DNA of 64,000 bases from a virus (taxonomy: Duplodnaviria; Caudoviricetes): the IMG/VR virus record IMGVR_UViG_2974668611_000001, positions 16,618-80,617 of that record, one strand, 5' to 3'. Shown piece by piece: positions 58,001 through 64,000 of the stretch. How positions within the stretch are numbered: the stretch's first letter is position 1; each line of letters opens with the position of its first letter. Below the pieces are notes generated by a model. It worked only from the letters and a program-made list of their open reading frames with translations, had not been told where the DNA came from and did not search any database. The translations under genes and the position numbers were made by a program.

Positions 58001-58176
58001 ATTATATGGCAGAACAAGCGCTATCTGGTGCTAATATTATGTCTTACTGCTGTAATTGTGAGACGAATAGAATGTTTAAGCGAGTATCTTTAGCAGTAAT
58101 CGGAAGAAAGAATATTACAGCACGATACCAATGCGAAAAATGTGGCTATCAGAATATTTATAAGTTTCCAAAGTAG
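57997..58176 (+). CDS. Small Zn-ribbon protein (absent from the ORF track)
   Basis: CCNC...CEKCG; ATGA overlap. Confidence 0.5.
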   Translation: MNYMAEQALSGANIMSYCCNCETNRMFKRVSLAVIGRKNITARYQCEKCGYQNIYKFPK

Positions 58177-58362
58177 TAATCAGACCCCGGCCTATATTGG
58201 TCGAGGTTATTTTTATACGCATAAATAAGATAAAGTTCTTCAAATATGTCGACCCCCATACTAATTACTAGTTGATTTAAATTATGTGTACAAATCAGAA
58301 AAAGTTCTTCAATATATACACGATTATTGCGTAATTGGTACTTATTTTTATGAGCGCTAAAT

Positions 58363-58421
58363 AAATAATCCCGTGAAATCTCATATAAGACGTTGCAACA
58401 ATTTATATGTGTAATAGTGCC
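58363..58421 (+). repeat. Spaced motif, copy 2 (inverted relative to 27577..27635)
   Basis: AAATAATCCCGTGA-N11-AGACGTT-N17-TAAT-N4-CC. Confidence 0.6.
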
Positions 58422-58719
58422 ATAATGCCGTATTATCGCTTAAAACAATCTTTATAGCGCATTTTGCAATATAGAGCCATACTGCCCGTATATTTTTGAA
58501 ATTTATACAATTATCTGTCACTAAAGTTATTTAATGGTTATGTTGTGGCCGTTTGAGGATATATAAGTACGTGAGGACAATAAATTGTTCAATAATTGAA
58601 TGCTTTCATATTGCATTGTAAAAGCATTGCCTATGAAGCTGTGTAAACCAAAAGCCACCAAATAATATATACCCACACACAAGAGAATTTGTCAAGATAA
58701 TACCACATTTTGATAAAAA

Positions 58720-59145
58720 TATCTATGCGCACACCATGCGCCTTTACAAGATAACGCATAACACACATACGCCAAAGCATACATATTATAGCGCTCAGCG
58801 CTTAAATGAAGTCGCGCATATACGCACATAGAAAACACGCGCACACATACATGACTATCTACCTACGAAACACACGCATACACACATGTATAAAAAAACA
58901 CGTACACACATGTATATACACATACACCCCGAAAACACGCATACATACGCATATATATACATAAACACGCATAGGGGCAACAATCTTTGAAAACACGTAT
59001 ACATACACATACACACATAAATAAACACATACGTATATAGGCTTTAAACGCCTATATATCAACGTTTATAAGGTATGCGTATATATAAAAAACGATAAAA
59101 AGCTACTATAATATGTAAAATGATTAATATAAAAAACACGTAGTG
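58720..59145. repeat. CA/TA-rich tract with AAACACGY repeats
   Basis: Units near 58833, 58897, 58933, 58963, 58991 and 59134, plus variants. Confidence 0.7.
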
Positions 59146-59420
59146 ACAAAATAAACGCCCTAAAACGTTGATATTAAAGAGTTTACAGCTATTTTTAGTG
59201 CAAAAAAATAATACTTTTCTACTATAATATGCAAAATGATTTTTTTAAATAAACAAACTTTTTTAATTTTGGGGTTGATTTTAAATACCGGGAGTGGTAT
59301 ATTTAAATCAATCAAGCGGGGGGCGAAAATAAAAAATAAAAAAAATAAAATTCAGGGTTGACAAATAACAATAAAAAATATAAAGTGTAGTCATCAAGTA
59401 AAGGAAGGGTGTAAAGAGTC

Positions 59421-59666
59421 ATGAAATTAAATGCAAAAGCTGTTGAGATGTTGTTGCGGGGTAGTAATCATTTTGAGATTGTAAGCCAGTTGGATATGTA
59501 CGGTAATGGGTCAATTGTTGAGGTAAATACACACGGTAAGATTTACAATATCAAAAGCAATTATCAAGGGACTGATACTCACGATGTTATTATCGCGGAT
59601 AATGTTAATAAAGAGATTAAGCAGTTTATTTCAATTTTAAAAGACAAGGGTTATCAAGAATTATAG
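59421..59666 (+). CDS. Early-region hypothetical protein
   Basis: TTGACA promoter at ~59358; AGGAAGGG RBS. Confidence 0.6.
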   Translation: MKLNAKAVEMLLRGSNHFEIVSQLDMYGNGSIVEVNTHGKIYNIKSNYQGTDTHDVIIADNVNKEIKQFISILKDKGYQEL

Positions 59667-59677
59667 GGGGTATAACG

Positions 59678-59842
59678 ATGATTAAAAAAGTTACAAAAAC
59701 AGAACTCGAAAATATCGCATTCGATAATTATTATTTACCATACGAGTTCTTTATAAAAGTAAATATGTTAGAAACTATCGGGTTACTATTTAAAGGCAAA
59801 ACAGTTTATAAGGTTGGAAACGAATTTTACACTGAAATGTAA
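59678..59842 (+). CDS. Small early-region protein (absent from the ORF track)
   Basis: GGGGG RBS; MIKKVTKTELE... Confidence 0.55.
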   Translation: MIKKVTKTELENIAFDNYYLPYEFFIKVNMLETIGLLFKGKTVYKVGNEFYTEM

Positions 59843-59856
59843 CGGAGGGAAAAAAC

Positions 59857-59991
59857 ATGTTAGTAATTACATTAGAAAATATGTTCTATATTGTTATGTT
59901 AGTGTTCTCGGTTGGTGGTATGGTTTACGGGGCGCTAGAATTGTTTCCAGCGCTAAAGGATTGCAAGTTTGTAAAATCATTTTTCAAGTAA
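59857..59991 (+). CDS. Small membrane peptide (absent from the ORF track)
   Basis: GGAGG RBS; one TM helix. Confidence 0.5.
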   Translation: MLVITLENMFYIVMLVFSVGGMVYGALELFPALKDCKFVKSFFK

Positions 59992-60069
59992 ATATTTTTT
60001 TAAAAAGGGTTGACAAGTACGAAGTCACTTGTTATTATAAGACCATCAAAGGAAAAGGAGTTAACCATC

Positions 60070-60317
60070 ATGAAAAAATACGAAGTAAGCATTGCAAATG
60101 ATTCCCTGGACGGATTGGCCGAAAAGTTACGGCTGGTAGTATATGGTAACACGTCATTGTAGGGGCCGAAGACGTTGTCCCGGCGCTCTCTAACTTGGTT
60201 GAATCAGACCCGAACGAAAAGGGTGTAGCGTGAGAACTGGAATACAAGGAACAAGCGCAAAACCTTGCTTGCCGGCTTAATGAGTTGTTAGCACGATATG
60301 CACGATTGAAAAAATAA
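60070..60317 (+). pseudogene. Disrupted early gene
   Basis: Promoter TTGACA-17-TATTAT and AGGAG; frameshift near 60145 and in-frame TGA at 60231. Confidence 0.5.
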
Positions 60318-60645
60318 AAAAAGTTTTGAAAAGTTATTGACATTGAGTAAATAAGTGATTATACTTGGGTTACAAATTAAGAAAAGGGGTTTTCAAAATG
60401 ACAAAAGACGAATTGATGCAAACGGTAGACGAAATGAAAGAAATGCTAGGAACTGAAGAGTTCTTACAAGCCCTCATTAAATTAATGAGTAGCGATGAGT
60501 TGTGCGATAACTTGGATTATATCAACAGTTGCTATGATTTGGATATTGATACTTTCAAGGAGTAATCAATCAAAAAAAGTTTCAAAAAGTTGTTGACATT
60601 CAGTAAATAAGTAATTATACTTTAGTCATTAAATAAGAAAAGGAA
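60318..60645 (+). repeat. Duplicated promoter-RBS cassette (60318-60390 and ~60575-60645)
   Basis: AAAAGTTNTTGACATTSAGTAAATAAGTRATTATACTT...TAAGAAAAGG in both copies. Confidence 0.75.
60398..60565 (+). CDS. Small acidic early protein
   Basis: AGGGG RBS before MTKDEL. Confidence 0.65.
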   Translation: MTKDELMQTVDEMKEMLGTEEFLQALIKLMSSDELCDNLDYINSCYDLDIDTFKE

Positions 60646-60654
60646 GTTATCATT

Positions 60655-60903
60655 ATGAAATTAGAAACAGCAATTGAACTTTTACAAGATGATACGTTTG
60701 ATATGGAAGAAGCATTTTACTCGGATTTAGCTGGTGAGGTATATGCTAACTATACACTTAGAGTAACTGACGCAGAAGTGCTTTTAAGTGAGTTAGATAT
60801 TGACTTAGAAAGCATTGACGACTATAACGACTTATATAGTCAAGTTGAAGATGGGCTTAACAATAGTTTCGATCGTGGTGCTGATGGTGTAACTACAGTA
60901 TAA
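60655..60903 (+). CDS. Highly acidic early protein
   Basis: About 22 D/E versus 3 K/R in 82 aa; own promoter. Confidence 0.7.
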   Translation: MKLETAIELLQDDTFDMEEAFYSDLAGEVYANYTLRVTDAEVLLSELDIDLESIDDYNDLYSQVEDGLNNSFDRGADGVTTV

Positions 60904-60931
60904 TGGATTAGAATTAAAAGGGGGTGTTGAG

Positions 60932-61114
60932 ATGGGATTCACAGAAGCATTAACGGTTGTATTTATTGTCCTTAAGTTGATGGGAGTTATTGCATGGAAT
61001 TGGTGGTTAGTGTTATTACCGGAATTAATCGCATTAGTACCATATACAATTATCTTAATTGTATGGTTAGTTATGGTTATTAAGATGTTTAAAGAATTTA
61101 AACAAGGTAAATAA
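60932..61114 (+). CDS. Small phage membrane protein
   Basis: LTVVFIVLKLMGVIAWNWWLVLLP motif. Confidence 0.7.
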   Translation: MGFTEALTVVFIVLKLMGVIAWNWWLVLLPELIALVPYTIILIVWLVMVIKMFKEFKQGK

Positions 61115-61139
61115 TTTAAAAGAATAGAGGCTTATTAAA

Positions 61140-61523
61140 ATGAAATTGAGTAAAGTAGCAAAAGTGGTTATGGCAATTGTTGCGGGTGTAATGTTATCGG
61201 TTATGGTTATTAATACCAAAGCAGAAGCAAGTAAACCCAATTATGCGTATTCACTAGTTCGGACTAAACAGCATACCGTTAAGCTTACCAATACTGGTAA
61301 AACTGAAAACATGTATCGTATCACTGTTAAGCAAGGTAAGCATTCAACATGGTACTACATGGCTTTAATTGCTAAACAGTCATGGACGGTTAAGCAATCA
61401 GGTAAGTATAGCGTCACTGTTCGGCGTATTTCAAAAGCGGACGAAAAGCGTAATGCAGACCCACGTAATCATTTTGTCCCACAAGGCATTAGTAATACTC
61501 AACGCACTGTATGGAACCGATAG
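61140..61523 (+). CDS. Secreted basic beta-rich protein, paralog 1
   Basis: Signal peptide (AEA cleavage site); terminator 61530-61558. Confidence 0.7.
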   Translation: MKLSKVAKVVMAIVAGVMLSVMVINTKAEASKPNYAYSLVRTKQHTVKLTNTGKTENMYRITVKQGKHSTWYYMALIAKQSWTVKQSGKYSVTVRRISKADEKRNADPRNHFVPQGISNTQRTVWNR

Positions 61524-61834
61524 AACGTAGGAACTAGCGTTTAAGCTAGTTCTTTTTTGTTTACAGCGATTTAATCATACATGCAAGTTAATTACAGCGG
61601 GTAGCCTTAAAAGTGCTTAAACGGGCGTATACAGCCATTTAAACACATATAAAATTAATTTAAATTAATTTGAATAAGCCCTTGACGGTTATGTGTTAAT
61701 TTGCTATAATTTATTTTGTTATCAAGTAAGGACAAAATAAATTGTTTCATGCGAAACAATTAAAATTAATCCTTGACAAGGTATTCAATTAGGGTTTATA
61801 ATTAGGTTATTCAATTGAAAGGGGCTGACATATT

Positions 61835-62107
61835 ATGACAGCAAACAAAAAGTTTCAAGAATTATTAAATAACGGTGAGTTAACGGACGAGCAACAGGAA
61901 TTAGCTTATCAATATGGGGTTATTGACGTAAATAGTTTATACGAATATTTGACTGACACCCTATCCAGCGAAAGCTTTGAAGATAGTGGGCGTGTAATTG
62001 AACTATTAAATGAGTTACTAAAACACGATTCTAACGATTATGTATTATATGATGATGACAAAATCAGCGAATTAGATTATGACACGATTGAAGATATTTT
62101 AAATTAG
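61835..62107 (+). CDS. Highly acidic early protein
   Basis: About a quarter D/E; promoters at ~61682 and ~61773. Confidence 0.7.
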   Translation: MTANKKFQELLNNGELTDEQQELAYQYGVIDVNSLYEYLTDTLSSESFEDSGRVIELLNELLKHDSNDYVLYDDDKISELDYDTIEDILN

Positions 62108-62118
62108 GGGTGTATAAA

Positions 62119-62538
62119 ATGAAAACAATTAAATTGATTATGGTTATCGCGGTTAGTTTTGTAGGAACAATTGCGCTACTTACAACGAGTGCAAAAGCGT
62201 TTAGTATTACCGGGGTACAATTAACAAGGGTTAATCATGAGAATTATACCAATGTCGCGATTACTAACCCTACTCATAAGGATAGAGAATACCATGTTAT
62301 TGTAAAGCCAGCCGGCCAAAAGGCACTTAAACTTAACACGTACATCCAAGCTGGTGAGACTGTTGAGGTATATACGCCGGTACGACATAACGGCGGTATT
62401 CTATACAACAAGAAACTACCTAAAAAGTTTGCCATAACAGTATATCGCATGAGTAGCAAGCAAAGTAAATATGAAATGAAACACGGATATGTTAACGCGG
62501 GTATTAAATGGACTAAGCATACATTAACTAATAAGTAG
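62119..62538 (+). CDS. Secreted basic beta-rich protein, paralog 2
   Basis: Signal peptide (AKA cleavage site); similar to 61140..61523. Confidence 0.7.
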   Translation: MKTIKLIMVIAVSFVGTIALLTTSAKAFSITGVQLTRVNHENYTNVAITNPTHKDREYHVIVKPAGQKALKLNTYIQAGETVEVYTPVRHNGGILYNKKLPKKFAITVYRMSSKQSKYEMKHGYVNAGIKWTKHTLTNK

Positions 62539-62647
62539 TAATTAAAGTCGCTTAATGCGGCTTTTTTATTTTATCTAAAATAAGGGTTGCAATTAAGTGC
62601 CGGCCATGTTATATTACAAACATAGAAAAGAAAAGGGGATTATAACA

Positions 62648-63013
62648 ATGAATGACACAATTAAGGACGCATTAAGTAATGTAACGCGGTATGATGATAT
62701 TGAGGACTATGGTAAATATAACGCAGGCGCAACAATGGATGACTTACAAGAATATATTAATGCAGGCTTTGTTGCTGAACTAACGCCGGGAACTTATAAC
62801 GGTGCAATTAATAAGTTTAGTCGTGTTACCAAGTTAACCAACAACGATATTATTAACGCCATTAAATCGGAACTATCAGAAGATGGTTTCATAATTGAGA
62901 CACTAGAAAATTATTACCCGGAGGATAATACGACCGACATGCAAGTGCTGGACTATACAGACATTTATAACGTGTTTACAATCGGGGAACGATTATATGT
63001 TGACATGGATTAA
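62648..63013 (+). CDS. Acidic early protein
   Basis: AGGGG RBS before MNDTIK; terminator 63051-63082. Confidence 0.65.
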   Translation: MNDTIKDALSNVTRYDDIEDYGKYNAGATMDDLQEYINAGFVAELTPGTYNGAINKFSRVTKLTNNDIINAIKSELSEDGFIIETLENYYPEDNTTDMQVLDYTDIYNVFTIGERLYVDMD

Positions 63014-63084
63014 GATACACCGAGTTATAAAAAAGTTAAGCCACGCAATTACAGCACCTTTAAATAAGGGGTGCTGTTTTTTGT

Positions 63085-63690
63085 GCGGTTTTTTAATGTG
63101 TGGCTTGTGTGATGGTGTGTGTGTATGTGTTTCTATATAAGTGTGTGAGACAGGTTGCAACATGACAGGTATAACTATACTGTGGTGCATTGGTATTCGT
63201 TACACAGCTTGCTAGGTGCATTGTATTGGATTGGTACTAATAAGATATGTGGTTGAGCAATGACGTTAGATGTATAACTGATATAATTGTGTATGATGAT
63301 ATGTAGTTGTGTGTGATAAGTCTTATATAGTTGTGTATGGTTGTAGCTGTCGTGTATACAATGCGTTAGACGTGCTTACATTGCGTGCTGTGAGGTGTGT
63401 ATATTAATGTAGTAGTTGAGTAACAAGTTAGTGACATGCTGACAGGCGTCATATAAGACAAGGTACATATGTGATTGTATGTAGTTATGTGTAGTAAGTT
63501 GTTGTGTGTTGTGTATGTTTAGTTGTTGATTGATGTTAGTTAGTTGATTGTGTTGTGATTGATTGATGTTGTGATGTGTTAGTTGTGTTGTTGTGTGTTG
63601 ATACATTGATGTTATGTTGATTGATGATTGATTGATGTTGTTATGTTGATGTTGTATTGATGTGTTATGTGATTGGTTGTGTATGTGGTA
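63085..63690. repeat. TG-rich low-complexity tract
   Basis: Degenerate TTGATG/GTTGTG units; almost C-free on the + strand from ~63470 to 63690. Confidence 0.75.
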
Positions 63691-64000
63691 ACGAATGCAG
63701 TCACGAAACGCAATGCAAACGGATTGAATTCGCTTAATGATTTATCAATGTAATTGATTGGAATGCTTTAATAGTTGAGATAAAAATTGATATAGTTTAA
63801 TAAAGTTTATGCGTTTAATCATATATCTAAACTTACAACATAAGATTATTGTTGATTGAATTAAGTTGATTGTATTAATTGTTATTGATTGTAACGTTTT
63901 TAGTGGCTTGCGCACCGAGCCTAGCCGTGCACTCACGCACGTACGGCACCCCCTAAACTAACTCAGAAAAAAGAAAAAGCTTAAAACAATGAGCGCCCTA

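Noticed and set aside
58720-59145. Possible CRISPR array
   Set aside because: Repeats are only ~8 nt and degenerate, spacers are low-complexity, and there are no cas genes
59814-60343. ORFs 59814..60101 (+) and 60068..60343 (-)
   Set aside because: They overlap promoters; shorter RBS-bearing ORFs and a pseudogene explain the region better
58859-63936. Minus-strand ORFs 58859..59062, 62993..63190, 63376..63606 and 63745..63936
   Set aside because: Artefacts of low-complexity CA/TG tracts

Overview
The window is part of a tailed dsDNA siphophage genome. The host is probably Lactobacillaceae, inferred from the lysin, LysM and PnuC sequence style; a Tybeckvirinae-like placement is only a guess. 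Layout: (i) 1-19.4 kb (+): tail and lysis genes (chaperone, tape measure, Dit, Tal, fibres, GH25 endolysin, holins) and a tyrosine recombinase. (ii) 19.4-39.5 kb (-): a DnaE polymerase split at its catalytic PD|IDTD motif by a group I intron carrying a GIY-YIG endonuclease, two tRNA-Arg genes with two aberrant tRNA-like RNAs between them, a LysM-transglycosylase, a MazF operon, nucleoside salvage genes, an AAA ATPase and an SSB. (iii) About 39.6-40.3 kb: a ~680-nt structured non-coding unit with its own promoter, a candidate large ornate ncRNA. (iv) 40.4-58.2 kb (+): dNK, helicase, primase, RecJ, Tad2-like and MazG genes, TK and many small ORFs. (v) 58.2-64 kb: an early-type cluster with repeated sigmaA promoters, flanked by CA-rich and TG-rich low-complexity tracts. 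The most notable items are the large ncRNA, the tRNA-like RNAs, and a hairpin+UACAU element before three late genes that matches the known cleavage site of the MazF clade this phage appears to encode. All calls come from motif reading; no database searches were run.
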